Of a stretch of DNA of 57,504 bases, positions 57,394-57,504 are shown in pieces. The stretch's first letter is position 1, and each line of letters starts with the position of its first letter. A program made the position numbers and the translations under genes. The notes below the pieces were generated by a model. It saw only the letters and a program-made list of their open reading frames with translations. It ran no database searches and had not been told where the DNA came from. The stretch is from the NCBI RefSeq assembly GCF_000281045.1, contig NW_008246170.1:91221-148724 (forward strand), written 5' to 3'. This stretch comes from Saprolegnia diclina VS20 (taxonomy: Eukaryota).

Positions 57394-57504
57394 CTAGAAC
57401 CAGCCGCCGCAACGGAACGGCGAAAAGAGACCGCAGCCGCCGCCAAGACCCCATCCAAAGCCAAAACCGCCGCAGATCGACCCAAAGCACTCCTTCTGGC
57501 CGCC
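57394..57504 (-). CDS. 3' end of a Gly/aromatic/Cys-rich small protein (partial)
   Basis: Hand translation from the window edge: GGQKECFGSICGGFGFGWGLGGGCGLFSPFRCGGWF*. Confidence 0.6.
   Translation of the reverse strand, partial: GGQKECFGSICGGFGFGWGLGGGCGLFSPFRCGGWF

Noticed and set aside
1..57504. Prokaryotic systems (operons, CRISPR, defence islands), rRNA/tRNA genes
   Set aside because: The sequence is eukaryotic with spliceosomal introns; no such arrays or structural RNA signatures were seen by eye.

Overview
Eukaryotic, GC-rich, gene-dense DNA with many ~40-50 nt GT..AG introns. Elicitin-like genes, LRR/TKL receptor kinases and oomycete Inr-like motifs point to an oomycete, probably Saprolegniales (inference). 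About 30 genes are supported: a TM pseudokinase, an RNI-like LRR protein, an ankyrin protein, a FYVE-myotubularin, an EF-hand NADPH oxidase, four LRR receptor kinases, two phosphoethanolamine methyltransferases (PEAMT), three OSCA/TMEM63 channels, three bZIP-like/START-like proteins, two GPI-type elicitin-like proteins, a RuvC-fold nuclease, an aldo-keto reductase, a DnaJ protein, a CC1-box coiled-coil protein, a GPR180/TMEM145-like 7TM protein and several membrane or secreted proteins. The most striking structure is an ~8.5 kb gene-level palindrome (LRR-RK <- PEAMT <- | -> PEAMT -> LRR-RK). Only the kinase domains, a short N-cap and the C-terminal methyltransferase domain are near-identical between its arms. 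The LRR exons and the N-terminal methyltransferase domain have diverged. The palindrome lies between an NADPH oxidase and a triple OSCA array. No rRNA, tRNA, CRISPR array or transposon was recognised. Exon models were read by eye, and spans run from start to stop including introns.
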